NCBI GenBank assembly: GCA_963711565.1
Contig: CAVQEQ010000003.1
Span: 1,216,001-1,280,000 of the forward strand
DNA: 64,000 nt
From: an uncultured delta proteobacterium
Lineage (GTDB): Bacteria; Desulfobacterota; Binatia; Binatales; Binataceae
Reading direction: 5' to 3'
Positions within the stretch are counted from its first letter, which is position 1; every line of letters starts with the position of its first letter. The notes under the pieces are model-generated. The model made no database searches, was not told where the DNA came from, and saw nothing but the letters and a program-made list of their open reading frames with translations. Shown one piece after another: positions 37,745 through 50,140 of this stretch. The position numbers and the translations under genes were made by a program.

Positions 37745-38750
37745 GTTCCTCTTCCCGCGCGGGAAGGGGAACAAAGTCATGGAGGTCGCGCCGTCCTATC
37801 CCGTCACCCCCTTTCCAGAGATGGAAAGGGGGAACAGAAACGGAAATTCGTTCTCGAGAGCTTTTACTGGATGGACAAGGGAACAAAGGGCAGAAAGCGG
37901 CTTTGACGCTGACAATTCTGGGTACTGCCGCACTTTCAAAATGGTCGGGGCCTTGCGCATTTGACAAGTGCAGCAGTACCCAATTCCGCCCGCGTTGCGC
38001 CAATAGCCCTAGCTCCGATTTCAGGATGGATAAGGGGAACCCGAACCTTCTGTCTGTTCCCCCTTTCCGCCCCGGAAAGGGGGGTTAGGGGGATAGGACG
38101 GCGGCGCGCTTCGACGTTTCTTCTGGTTCCCCGTCTCTATTTTTTTATGGGGAAGGGGTTAGGGGTTAGGGTGCTTTCGTTCGCCGCATCTCAATGATAA
38201 TCACTACCAGATGATACTCTTGACTCTGTGTGAACAGAGAAATCCGGAACTGATGCGCCGCGCGCTGGAGCTGCGCCGACGCATGACTCCGGAAGAGCGC
38301 GTTATCTGGCAGGAGCTTCGCGGTAATCGGTTAGGCGCGCATTTCAGGCGACAGCAGGTGCTCGCGCCCTACATTGTGGATTTCTATTGTCACTCTGCGC
38401 GGCTGGTAGTGGAGATCGATGGAAGCCTGCATCGCCGGCAACAAGGATACGACCGAATGCGCGACGATTATTTCGGGCGCAGCGGAATCCGAGTGCTGAG
38501 GGTGTCGAACGTATCGGTGCGCAATGATTTGGCATCAGTGATTGCCTCGATTCGATCGGCGCTGCGCAGGCAAGACCCTAACCCCTAGCCCTTCCCCAGG
38601 ATGGGGAAGGGGAAGAGCGAGAATTCATCGGGAGCGCGCCGTCCTATCCCATTCACCCCCTTCCCAGGGATGGAAAGGGGGAACAGAGAGGTCGTGGCGT
38701 CGTGCTATCCTATCTCCCCAGCCTCCTTTCCAGAATGTTCGAGGGGGGAT
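37745..38750. repeat. Cluster of CCCCTT(T/C)CC..GG(A/G)AAGGGG palindromes (REP-like family C)
   Basis: ~50-bp unit at 37789-37838 (+), 38053-38103 (-), 38637-38687 (+); inner inverted pair 38149-38171 / 38576-38597. Confidence 0.85.
38211..38588 (+). CDS. DUF559 (Vsr-like) endonuclease
   Basis: LRRRMTPEE..W..LR, FRRQ, YIVDFYC, VEIDGSLH, DRMRD, GIRVLR. Confidence 0.9.
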   Translation: MILLTLCEQRNPELMRRALELRRRMTPEERVIWQELRGNRLGAHFRRQQVLAPYIVDFYCHSARLVVEIDGSLHRRQQGYDRMRDDYFGRSGIRVLRVSNVSVRNDLASVIASIRSALRRQDPNP

Positions 38751-38941
38751 GTACTTTTACGCAACCGCGCTTCCCGTGTTACCCATACGACATGGATACC
38801 ATTCATCAGGTCGAAACTCCCTCAACCCTTCAGCTCTGCTGCTCGACCATTTGGCGACCGGTCTCGTGCAAAACCACATTTTGACGGAACGAAGCTACCG
38901 GCAGTGGTTGGTCTCCGCCGAAAACGCAAGTAGTGATGTGA

Positions 38942-40216
<1,275 letters not shown>

Positions 40217-40229
40217 CTTGCGGGCAGTC

Positions 40230-41108
40230 CTACCGTGAACGCAGTGATGCGGCCAGCGCGAGCGTGCGGCGCGCCTGCTTCAGATGCGGCATGTCGAGCA
40301 TCTTGCCATCGAGCGCGACGGTCCCCGCCCCCGACGCGAATGCCTCGATCACGCGATTTGCGTGCGCGACATCTTCAGCCGACGGTGTGAACGCGGCGTT
40401 GATCACATCAACCTGGTCGGGATGAATCGCTATCTTGCCGGTGAAGCCTGCGCGATGTGCGGTCTCCGATTCTTTCTTGAGCGCCTCCGCGTCCTTGAAG
40501 TTTACCGACACCGTGTCGATCGGCTGGACCTCGGCTGCCACCGCCGCCAGCAGACACAACGACCGCGCCAGCTGGTAGGTGAAATCGAGAGCGCCGTCGG
40601 CTCGGCGATTCGTGCTGGCTCCCACCGCGGCCGCGAGGTCTTCAGCGCCCCACGTCATGGCCGACAGTCGCGGACTGCATCCGGCGAAACCGCCCAGCGC
40701 AAACATCGCTGCCGGCGTCTCAGTCGCCACTGGAATGATTGCGATCGATCCCTGCTTGACGCCCTCGCGGGCTTCCAGAGCCGACAGGAAATGATCGAGC
40801 ATCACGACATCGTTGGCCGAGGTGACCTTCGGGAGCATTATTCCATCAGGCGCGCCGGCGACGATCGCGCACAGGTCAGGAATCGCCTTCGGTGTCGAGA
40901 GCGGATTGATTCGAACCCACAGTTGGGTCTTCCCGCGATCGCGATGCGCGCGCAGATGCTCGAACACCATCGTGCGCGCGATCTCGGTGCGCTCCGCCGC
41001 GACTGCGTCCTCCAGATCGAGCACGAGCGCGTCGGCCCGCGAGGATTCCGACTTCGTGAGCTTGCGTTCGCTGTCGCCCGGCACGAACAGAAGCGAGCGC
41101 AGTGTCAT
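40230..41108 (-). CDS. CitE/HpcH-family CoA ester lyase
   Basis: [29 protein letters not shown]. Confidence 0.9.
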   Translation of the reverse strand: MTLRSLLFVPGDSERKLTKSESSRADALVLDLEDAVAAERTEIARTMVFEHLRAHRDRGKTQLWVRINPLSTPKAIPDLCAIVAGAPDGIMLPKVTSANDVVMLDHFLSALEAREGVKQGSIAIIPVATETPAAMFALGGFAGCSPRLSAMTWGAEDLAAAVGASTNRRADGALDFTYQLARSLCLLAAVAAEVQPIDTVSVNFKDAEALKKESETAHRAGFTGKIAIHPDQVDVINAAFTPSAEDVAHANRVIEAFASGAGTVALDGKMLDMPHLKQARRTLALAASLRSR

Positions 41109-41560
41109 GAGGCCAGCCTCTTGCGCATCAGCGCCGACCGTTTGCAGTACGCGACTTCCTCCGCGCGCTGGTTGAAGCATCGATGGTCGAACACGACGAT
41201 CCCCGCGTCCGGCCGCGAGCGGCTTTCGCGCTTCTCGGCGACCGTGGTCTCGGCGCGCAGCGTGTCGCCGATAAACACGGGATGCGCGAAGCGCGTGTCG
41301 GCCATGCCGAGATTCGCGATCGTGGTGCCAAGCGTAGTGTCGCCGACCGACACTCCGATCATCAGGCCGAGCGTGAAGATGCTGTTGACGATGCGCTGGC
41401 CGAACTCGGTGCCCTTGGCGAATTCCGCATCTAGATGCAGCGGCTGTGGATTATGCGTCAGCGCGCAGAAGATCAGATTGTCGGTTTCCGTGATCGTCCG
41501 CGTGATCGCGTGCTTGAAAATCTGGCCTGTCTCGAATTCCTCAAAATATAGTCCCGACAT
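41105..41560 (-). CDS. MaoC-family dehydratase
   Basis: [30 protein letters not shown]. Confidence 0.9.
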   Translation of the reverse strand: MSGLYFEEFETGQIFKHAITRTITETDNLIFCALTHNPQPLHLDAEFAKGTEFGQRIVNSIFTLGLMIGVSVGDTTLGTTIANLGMADTRFAHPVFIGDTLRAETTVAEKRESRSRPDAGIVVFDHRCFNQRAEEVAYCKRSALMRKRLAS

Positions 41561-41561
41561 C

Positions 41562-42302
41562 TTACTCCCGCTCCTTCATCATCGATTGCGCGACTTCGAG
41601 ACTCACCAGCCGCGCGATCAGTATCGCCACATACAGTTGCCCGAACACCGACTCCATCACCGACAGGCTGCGCGCGCCCTCGGACACCGGCGCGATATCC
41701 CCGAAACCCGTCGTCGTCAGGCACACGAAGCTGTAGTAGATGAAGCTGTGCAGCGACGCCATGAGCGGCGCGGTGTTTCCTGCCGGCCTTAGAAAGAGCG
41801 CGGCGCTGAATGAACCCGGATGCTGCAGTTCGACGACTGCGAAGCCGTACGCAAACGCAACTGCCGTCAGCAGGTAGGCGCAAATCGCCGCGCTGATTGT
41901 GTCGAGCGTCACGCTCTTTACGATGAACAGCCTCGACACGAGGGCGACGACCGTGACGGCCAGGAACAGGCATGAAGAGATCGCACCGGCCAATTCGACC
42001 GTTGGATTGAATGTGAACAGCAGCGCCACCCGGCATCCGATCGACGGGACCAGCAAAACCAGCGCGACGGCGAAATAGATTCTGGTCGAGCGAAATGCGT
42101 AAAGCGCGGCCAGCAGCACCAGCGATATCGTCGCGGTCGCGACATTCTGCGCGAGCGCATGTCCCACGAAAATGGGCTGAGTGACAAGCAGCAGCAGAAT
42201 TGTCGCGAGCAGGAGCGTAAATCTGCCCGGCCAATTGTGATGCGCCAGACCCAGCCGGCTCCATAGCGCGGAGTGGGTGATGGCGCTGCTCGTCGCGCTC
42301 AT
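41562..42302 (-). CDS. Potassium channel-like (Ion_trans_2) protein
   Basis: [15 protein letters not shown] selectivity-filter motif. Confidence 0.85.
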   Translation of the reverse strand: MSATSSAITHSALWSRLGLAHHNWPGRFTLLLATILLLLVTQPIFVGHALAQNVATATISLVLLAALYAFRSTRIYFAVALVLLVPSIGCRVALLFTFNPTVELAGAISSCLFLAVTVVALVSRLFIVKSVTLDTISAAICAYLLTAVAFAYGFAVVELQHPGSFSAALFLRPAGNTAPLMASLHSFIYYSFVCLTTTGFGDIAPVSEGARSLSVMESVFGQLYVAILIARLVSLEVAQSMMKERE

Positions 42303-43642
42303 GATTCATCCGTTTCGCGCAACGGCACTGGCAGTGTCAAGGCGAGCATTCCGCCCGCGACCAGCGCGGCCGCCATAGCGATCATCCCACCCGCGAAACT
42401 ATGCGTCGCTTGTTTGACTATCCCGACCGCGTAAGGACCCGCGAAGCCGCCGAGGTTTCCGATCGAATTGATCAGCGCGATTGCGCCGGCGGCCGCGGTG
42501 CCGCTGAGAAACTCGGGCGGCATTGCCCAGAATGGCCCGAAGGTTCCCCAGATTCCCGCCGCCGCGATCGAAAGCGCAGCCAGTGACAGGAGCGGCGATC
42601 GAGTCGTCGCCGCGAGCATTAGGCCGATAGCTCCAACCGCCGCACAAAACGCGAGATGCCACCGGCGCTCGCCGCTCAAGTCCGACGCTCGACCGACGAA
42701 CACCATCGCGACCGCCGCGCCGAAAAAGGGTATCGCCGACAACATCCCGATTTCGACACCGCTGCGATTGCCGAAGCTCTGGATAATTTGCGGTAGCCAG
42801 AAGGTTACGCCATAGAGTCCAAACACTATTGCAAAATAGACAAGCGATAGTATCCAGACGGTCGAGTTGCTAATCGCTTCGGCAAAACTATTCTGGCGCT
42901 TCTGAGTACCACGTCGCCGCTCCCTTTCGAGTCTCATCAATAGTGCGGCGCGCTCACCAACCTCAAGCCAGGCAGCGTCTTTGGGACCGTCAGGAAGATA
43001 GCGCAATACCCACACGCCGAGAATCACCGCGGGCAGACCCTCGAGGATGAATAGCCATTGCCAGCCGGACAGCCCCGCCAATCCGTGCAATTCGAGCAAC
43101 CCGCCCGAGACCGGGCCCGCGATAACGCCGGCCAGCGCGCTCGCCGTCATGAATAGTGCGACCGCGCGCGCCTGCTCGCGCGCCGGGAACCAGAATGTGA
43201 GATAGAGAATTACGCCGGGAAAGAACCCTGCTTCGGCCAGTCCCAGGATGAACCGAAGGGCGAAGAACGACGCCGCGCCGCGAACTGCGATCATCGCCAT
43301 CGCGACGACTCCCCAGCTGATCATGATTCGCGCAATCCACAAGCGCGCGCCCACGCGCGCGAGGATCAAATTGCTCGGCACCTCGAAAATCGAATAGCCG
43401 ATGAAGAACAACCCCGCGCCCAGGCCGAACACGGATTCGCTGAGCCCGAGCTCACGGTTCATCTGCAACGACGCGAAGCCGACGTTGATTCGATCGAGAT
43501 AGGCGACGAGATAGAGCACGAACAGGAACGGCAGCAGCCTGCGCCGCGCCTTTGACAACGCGGCATCGGCGAGCCGCGATTCGTCCGCAGTTTCGATCGA
43601 ACGAACTTCCTTGACTGAACGATCGTACTCGGCGTGAGGCAT
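42299..43642 (-). CDS. MFS anion:cation symporter (tartrate/4-HPA transporter-like)
   Basis: YLDRINVG, FEVPSN, EAGFFPG, GWQWLFILEG. Confidence 0.9.
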   Translation of the reverse strand: MPHAEYDRSVKEVRSIETADESRLADAALSKARRRLLPFLFVLYLVAYLDRINVGFASLQMNRELGLSESVFGLGAGLFFIGYSIFEVPSNLILARVGARLWIARIMISWGVVAMAMIAVRGAASFFALRFILGLAEAGFFPGVILYLTFWFPAREQARAVALFMTASALAGVIAGPVSGGLLELHGLAGLSGWQWLFILEGLPAVILGVWVLRYLPDGPKDAAWLEVGERAALLMRLERERRRGTQKRQNSFAEAISNSTVWILSLVYFAIVFGLYGVTFWLPQIIQSFGNRSGVEIGMLSAIPFFGAAVAMVFVGRASDLSGERRWHLAFCAAVGAIGLMLAATTRSPLLSLAALSIAAAGIWGTFGPFWAMPPEFLSGTAAAGAIALINSIGNLGGFAGPYAVGIVKQATHSFAGGMIAMAAALVAGGMLALTLPVPLRETDES

Positions 43643-43913
43643 GAGCGACTGCTTTACACGCCCGCGAAGTGAAAAGCGATTGGGCGATCCGGCGTCAAGC
43701 TGGTGTGCCGACACATGTCCCAAAGTGCGACATAGCTTGCCCCGATTCGGTCAACGACAAGCTCTGCGACGTGCGATGGCGACCGACACGCGCAGTTTGG
43801 GGCTTTGCTGTCCATCGCCGCAAGGCACGGACGTTGCGTATCACCGATGGGTAAATCGTGCCCGCAGAAATTGGCTCTCACACCAGTTCGCAGCAAGGAG
43901 AAGCGCGTCCGTC

Positions 43914-44717
43914 ATGGACCAGATCATTCAGCAGTCACTCGCGGGCAGGAGATTCGCCCTGGTGGGATTCGAAACGCTCGAAGGGAATTCGATCATCGCG
44001 GCACTGGGCACCGTCCGTGGAATCGGACACGTGATTGGCGCGGCCCCCACTATTCCCGGGCTCAACTCCCTTTCTCCATTCGACGCTTGCTTCATCAATG
44101 CCTCGGCCGCGGGCGTCGGCGAGCAGCCGGCCCCGATTGAAATGATCGCGCGCAGCCGCAAGCCAGCGGTCATCGTCGGCACGCTTGACGAACTCGTGGT
44201 GCAATTCGGGGCCATCGCCGACCTCAACCGCGACTTCGTCATGCGCCCATGCCAGCCCGATGAATTGTTGCTGAGAGCATACCGCGTCCTCAGATTCGTC
44301 GAAGCCGCCGCCTCGATTCGATCGTCGGCTCGAAACGGCTCCCGGCGCATCGTGGTCGCCGACGACGACGCGACGACGATTGTTATGATGTCGACGATCC
44401 TCAAGCATTTCAATTTCGAGTGCAACGTCGCCCACGACGGCGAGCAGGCATTCGACCTTGCGCGCAAGAACAAGCCCGACCTGGTGCTGTTGGACGTATC
44501 GATGCCGCACATGAATGGCTTCGAAGCGCTGAACGCTCTGCGCGGCAATGCTGCCACCAGGGATACGCGAGTAATCCTGGTCAGTGCGCATCATGATGAA
44601 GCCGAAGTCGTCAAGGGTTTCTCGCTCGGCGCCAACGACTACATCACCAAGCCCTTCAACTCAGGCGAGTTGATGGCGCGGATCAACAGGGTCTTGCATG
44701 AGTCCGACGAGAGATGA
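43914..44717 (+). CDS. Response regulator with degenerate N-terminal and intact C-terminal receiver
   Basis: C-terminal VADDD, LLDVSMP, YITKPF; AAGGAG RBS. Confidence 0.8.
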   Translation: MDQIIQQSLAGRRFALVGFETLEGNSIIAALGTVRGIGHVIGAAPTIPGLNSLSPFDACFINASAAGVGEQPAPIEMIARSRKPAVIVGTLDELVVQFGAIADLNRDFVMRPCQPDELLLRAYRVLRFVEAAASIRSSARNGSRRIVVADDDATTIVMMSTILKHFNFECNVAHDGEQAFDLARKNKPDLVLLDVSMPHMNGFEALNALRGNAATRDTRVILVSAHHDEAEVVKGFSLGANDYITKPFNSGELMARINRVLHESDER

Positions 44718-44762
44718 CCGGATCGGTTGTCATGTAGCACTCGCCTGTTTTACTGTTCTCGC

Positions 44763-45539
44763 GTGTTCCGACTTGACGGCAAGATAGCGATTGTCACCGG
44801 CGCCGGTTCGGGCATTGGCTTGGCGATCGCATCTACGTTTGCGCAAAACGGCGCGTATGTTTTCGCACTCGATCACGATCTCAAAGCGGCCAGCGCCGCT
44901 GTCGAGGGCATTCGCACCGCCGGCGGTGCTGCGTCGGCGCTCGAATGCAACGTCGCACTAGCTGATTCGGTGGAAGGCGCCTTCGCGCGCATCGACGCCG
45001 ACCGCAACGCGCCCCGCATCGACATACTGGTGAACAACGCCGGCATCGCAAACATCGGCACTGTCGAGAACACCACGGAGGAAGACCTCGACCGGATCTA
45101 TTCGGTCAATGTGAAGGGAGTATTTCTCTGCTCGCGTGCCGCAGTGCGCCGGATGCTCGCGAGCGGCGGCGGCGTCATCCTCAACCTCGCGTCGATAGCG
45201 TCGCTGATTGGACTCACCGATCGTTTCGCCTATTCGATGAGTAAGGGCGCGGTGCTGACGATGACCCGCTCGATCGCGGTGGACTACGTCAAGCGCGGCA
45301 TCCGATGCAACTGCATCTGCCCCGCGCGCGTTCACACGCCCTTCGTCAACGGCTACCTGCGCACAACCTATCCGGGACGCGAAGCCGAGATGTTCAAACA
45401 ACTTTCCGAGTATCAGCCGCTCGGCAGGATGGGCACGCCCGAGGAGGTCGCTGCGCTCGCGCTCTATCTATGTTCGGACGAGGCCTCGTTCATCACGGGG
45501 CAGGCGTATCCAATCGACGGCGGCGTGCTCGTATTCTGA
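44763..45539 (+). CDS. SDR oxidoreductase (2-keto-3-deoxy-L-fuconate dehydrogenase-like)
   Basis: TGAGSGIG, NNAG, RFAYSMSK, CPARVHTP; sugar-acid context. Confidence 0.85.
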   Translation: MFRLDGKIAIVTGAGSGIGLAIASTFAQNGAYVFALDHDLKAASAAVEGIRTAGGAASALECNVALADSVEGAFARIDADRNAPRIDILVNNAGIANIGTVENTTEEDLDRIYSVNVKGVFLCSRAAVRRMLASGGGVILNLASIASLIGLTDRFAYSMSKGAVLTMTRSIAVDYVKRGIRCNCICPARVHTPFVNGYLRTTYPGREAEMFKQLSEYQPLGRMGTPEEVAALALYLCSDEASFITGQAYPIDGGVLVF

Positions 45540-45871
45540 TGAAACAGTACGGCCGCACGATCAACCTGAAGGACGACCCGCAAATCATCGAGCGCTACCT
45601 CGAGCATCATCGCGCGATCTGGCCGGAGGTCGAGCGCGGGCTCAAATCCATCGGCATCGAGCGCATGCTAATCTTCAAGCTCGGCCGCCGGCTCTTCATG
45701 TTCATGGAGACCATCGACGCATTCGATCCCGATCGCGACTTCCCGCCTTACGAGGCAAGCAATCCGCGCAACCGCGAATGGCAGGAGCTGATGGCCTCGA
45801 TGCAGGAGCCGGTGCCGGACGCGCAGCCGGGCGAATGGTGGGCCGAAATGAAGCTAATCTTCACGCTCTGA
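45539..45871 (+). CDS. L-rhamnose/L-fucose mutarotase family protein
   Basis: YLEHHRAIWPEV, RLFMFMET, W..M..IF; TGATG coupling to the SDR. Confidence 0.85.
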   Translation: MKQYGRTINLKDDPQIIERYLEHHRAIWPEVERGLKSIGIERMLIFKLGRRLFMFMETIDAFDPDRDFPPYEASNPRNREWQELMASMQEPVPDAQPGEWWAEMKLIFTL

Positions 45872-45904
45872 CCAGCGCGCTGAAAAGATTGAAATTTGCT
45901 CGTG

Positions 45905-45933
45905 TTGAAATCTATAACACTGAGTATTATACT
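45905..45933 (+). promoter_or_regulatory. TA promoter with operator palindrome
   Basis: TTGAAA-N17-TATACT overlapping the near-palindrome TATAACACT-G-AGTATTATA (45913-45931). Confidence 0.75.
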
Positions 45934-45970
45934 TCCATTTGTATGATACGCGGCCGTTTGAGGCGGCGGA

Positions 45971-46363
45971 GTGCGGATATTCAGAAATAAATCCTTCACC
46001 CGTTTTGCCAAAAAAGCCGGCCTCGATGATGCAGCGCTACGCAAGGCTGTCGACGATGCCGAACGTGGATTGATCGACGCCAAGCTCGGAGGAGGCGTCA
46101 TAAAGCAGCGCGTCGCGCGGACAGGACAAGGAAAGTCCGGTGGCTTCCGTACCATCATTTTGTACAAAGCACGTGCGCTGACATTTTTCGTTCACGGATT
46201 TGCGAAAAAAGATCAAGACAACATTGAAGACCGCGAGTTAGCAGCACTGAAGTTACTCGCGTCGCAAATGTTGTCATACGACGATCAGGAGATTGCTAGG
46301 GCGATTGAATCAGGAACGCTGATTGAGGTAACGCACCATGAAAAAGACAAGGGCATATCGTAG
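45971..46363 (+). CDS. RelE/HigB-like toxin
   Basis: F.RFA, DAKLGGGVIKQR, GKSGGFRT, FAK. Confidence 0.88.
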   Translation: MRIFRNKSFTRFAKKAGLDDAALRKAVDDAERGLIDAKLGGGVIKQRVARTGQGKSGGFRTIILYKARALTFFVHGFAKKDQDNIEDRELAALKLLASQMLSYDDQEIARAIESGTLIEVTHHEKDKGIS

Positions 46364-46661
46364 CCCTCTGATGGGCTCGATTCACGAAACGGCTGAAGGA
46401 CTCCACGCCGCCGGCCTGATGAACAAGCTGACGATGCGCAAATTCGACGAGATGTGCCTGACGCCCATACCTCGTCTTAAGCCCAGGCAAATCCGTGATC
46501 TGCGTCTGCGAGAAGGAGCAAGCCAGGCTGTCTTCGCCCGCTATCTGAACGTGACCACCGGCATTATCAGCCAGTGGGAGCGCGGCAAGAAACACCCGCA
46601 GGGAGCATCTCTAAAACTCCTCGCTCTCGTCGCCAGAAACGGACTCGACGCTGTGGCGTGA
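46338..46661 (+). CDS. HTH antitoxin (HigA-like)
   Basis: SQAVFARYLN...SQWERGKKHPQG. Confidence 0.88.
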   Translation: MKKTRAYRSPLMGSIHETAEGLHAAGLMNKLTMRKFDEMCLTPIPRLKPRQIRDLRLREGASQAVFARYLNVTTGIISQWERGKKHPQGASLKLLALVARNGLDAVA

Positions 46662-46686
46662 TTCTCGCAACAACAGTTAGCCGCAC

Positions 46687-47513
<827 letters not shown>

Positions 47514-47517
<4 letters not shown>

Positions 47518-48818
47518 TTCTTTCTCCATTCCGCGCCGCCAGGAAACTCGAACGCATCGAGCGACGCGGGCAGCATCTCGATGCTGAAACCCGGCGCTGT
47601 CGGCGCCATGTAACGGTCGCCGCGCATGACCACCGGATTCTTGAAATGCTCGTGCAGGTGGTCGGCGAACTCGATCATCCGGTTGTCGAGACTGCCGCTC
47701 ACGCAGATGTAGTCGATCAGCGAAACGTGCTGGCCGTATTCGCACAGCCCGATTCCGCCCGCGTGCGGACATACCGGCACGCCGAACTTCGCGGCGAGCA
47801 GCAACACCGCGAGCGCCTCGCTCAGTCCGCCGAGGCGGCAATTGTCGAACTGGCAGAAATCGATCGCGCCGGCCTGCATGAGCTGTTTGAACATCACGCG
47901 ATTGGCCGCATGCTCCCCGGTCGCGACTCCTATCGGCTTAATCGCGCGGCGAATCGTGGCGTGACCGAGGACGTCGTCGGGACTGGTCGGCTCTTCGATC
48001 CACAGCGGATTGAAGCGCGCGAGCGGGCGCATGAATTCGATCGCCTCGCCAACGTCCCAAACCTGGTTCGCGTCCATCATCATAACGCCGCGCGGTCCGA
48101 TTTCTTCGCGCACCAGAGCCGCGCGATGAACGTTCGCGTCCGAATCGCGGCCGACTTTTATCTTGAACTTGGTCCATCCCGCGGCGAGCGCCTCGCGGCA
48201 TAGCCGACGGACTTTTTCGTCGGAATAGCCCATCCATCCGGCCGACGTGATGTAAGCCGGATAGCCCTCTCTCCGCATCTGCGCTTCGCGCTCGGCGCGC
48301 GTCGCGAGTTTTGCGCGCAGGATTTCCAGCGCCTCGTCGCGGGTGAGCGCATCGGTGAGATAACGGAAGTCGATACACGAAACGAATTGCTCGGGCGTCA
48401 TGTCGGCGACGAGTTTCCACACCGGCTTGCGCTCGATTTTGGCATAGAGGTCCCACACCGCATTCACGATTGCCGCAGTCGCCAGATGGATTGCGCCTTT
48501 CTCCGGCCCGATCCATCTGAGTTGGCTCTCGAACGTGAGTCGCTCCCAGAAAGCGCCGAGGTTGGCCACGATGTCTTCGTACTTCGAGCCGACCACGAGA
48601 TGCTGCAAGGCGCGGACGGCTGCAACTACAACTTCGTTGCCGCGCCCGATCGTGAACGTCATGCCGTTGCCTTCGACGCCGTCGCGCGCGTCTGTCGTCA
48701 GCACTACGTAGGTGGCGGAGTAATCCGGATCGGTGTGGACGGCGTCGGAACCCGCGAGCGTCCTTGAAGTTGGGGTTCGGATGTCGCGGACTGACAGTCC
48801 GGAAATTGTGCGCGCCAT
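47514..48818 (-). CDS. L-fuconate dehydratase-like enolase superfamily enzyme
   Basis: GSDA...PDYS, SQLRWIGPEKG, KIKVG, DANQ, IEEPTSPDD, PHAGG. Confidence 0.92.
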
Positions 48819-48861
48819 GATCGCTTCCTCTGCGCCGCATGGTAGCATCGCGCGACCGGCG

Positions 48862-49947
48862 ATGACGACTCAATTGCCAGCTTCGATTCGCGATTTACGG
48901 CAGTCATGGCCGCGGCCTTCGGCGGCGAAGCCAATCGTCGTGATCGGCGCGGGCAGTATCGTGCGCGATGCTCATCTGCCGATCTACAAACGTCTTGGCT
49001 TCCCGGTCGCCGGCATCTTCGATCTGAATCCGAAAGCGGCCCGCGAGCGCGCCGATGCGTTCTCGATTCCGCGCGTGTTCGAGTCGATTGATGAAGCCGC
49101 GTCGATGCGCGATGTGGTTTTCGATGTCGCAATCCCGCCGGCAAATATCGCGAGCGTGCTGGAACGATTGCCGTCAGGCGCGGCAGTGTTGATTCAGAAG
49201 CCGCTCGGCCGCGACCTTGCCGACGCGCGCCAGATCGTCGCGATTTGCCGCGATCGAAAGCTGCGCGCCGCGGTGAACTTTCAGCTCCGCTTCGCGCCCA
49301 ACATGCTGGCCGTCAAGGACGCGCTCGAGCGCGGCGTGTTCGGCGACGTGCTCAACGTCGAAGTGCGGATAAATCTGCACACGCCGTGGAACTACTGGGC
49401 GTTCCTCAAAGGCGTGCCGCGCCTCGAAGTGCTGATGCATTCGATTCACTACCTCGATCTGATTCGCTCGCTGATCGGCGAACCGCGCGGCGTTTATTGC
49501 AAGGGCGTGCGGCATCCGGGGATGCCCGACTACTCCGACACCCGCACCAGCATCGTGCTCGACTACGGCGACACGATTCGATGCAGCCTGACGATGAATC
49601 ATGCGCATACGTTTGGCGGACGCTACGGAATGTCGCAGCTCAAGCTCGAAGGCACCCGCGGCGCCGCGATAGCAAAGATGGGCGTCAATCTCAACTATCC
49701 CGCGGGCGAGCGCGACACGCTAGAAATCGCGAGCGAAGATACGAAGGGCTGGAGCGACACCCCCCTGCGCGGTTCGTGGTTTCTCGAAGCGTTCGAGGGT
49801 CCGATGTCGAACCTGCAGCGCCTCGCCGCCAGCGAGGATTCTAAACTGGTCTCTGGCGTCGAAGACGCGCTTCGCACGATGGCCGTGGTCGAGGCCTGTT
49901 ACGAATCAAGCGCGCACGGCGCCACGCCGATTCCCTCAACGCCCTAG
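48862..49947 (+). CDS. Gfo/Idh/MocA oxidoreductase
   Basis: IGAGSI, QKP, NFQLRF, HSIHYLD. Confidence 0.88.
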   Translation: MTTQLPASIRDLRQSWPRPSAAKPIVVIGAGSIVRDAHLPIYKRLGFPVAGIFDLNPKAARERADAFSIPRVFESIDEAASMRDVVFDVAIPPANIASVLERLPSGAAVLIQKPLGRDLADARQIVAICRDRKLRAAVNFQLRFAPNMLAVKDALERGVFGDVLNVEVRINLHTPWNYWAFLKGVPRLEVLMHSIHYLDLIRSLIGEPRGVYCKGVRHPGMPDYSDTRTSIVLDYGDTIRCSLTMNHAHTFGGRYGMSQLKLEGTRGAAIAKMGVNLNYPAGERDTLEIASEDTKGWSDTPLRGSWFLEAFEGPMSNLQRLAASEDSKLVSGVEDALRTMAVVEACYESSAHGATPIPSTP

Positions 49948-50100
49948 CAGGGTGTTGAAGAATTGGATGCAACTCGTGGATTTGATTTCAAACGCTTCAA
50001 CACTCTGCGTAGAAGCTGTCTTCTTACCTACAACATCTCCCCCTTTGGGGGAGACAAGAGAGAGGGAGCAGGCGTTGAAAATTAATTTTTCAACATCCTG
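49948..50100. mobile_element. 153-bp MITE-like element flanked by CTAG
   Basis: Left end CAGGGTGTTGAAGAATT; right end reverse-complements to CAGGATGTTGAAAAATT; CTAG at 49944-49947 and 50101-50104. Confidence 0.8.
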
Positions 50101-50140
50101 CTAGAATCGCAATCATTGTCGGCGGAGGATTTCCATACTG

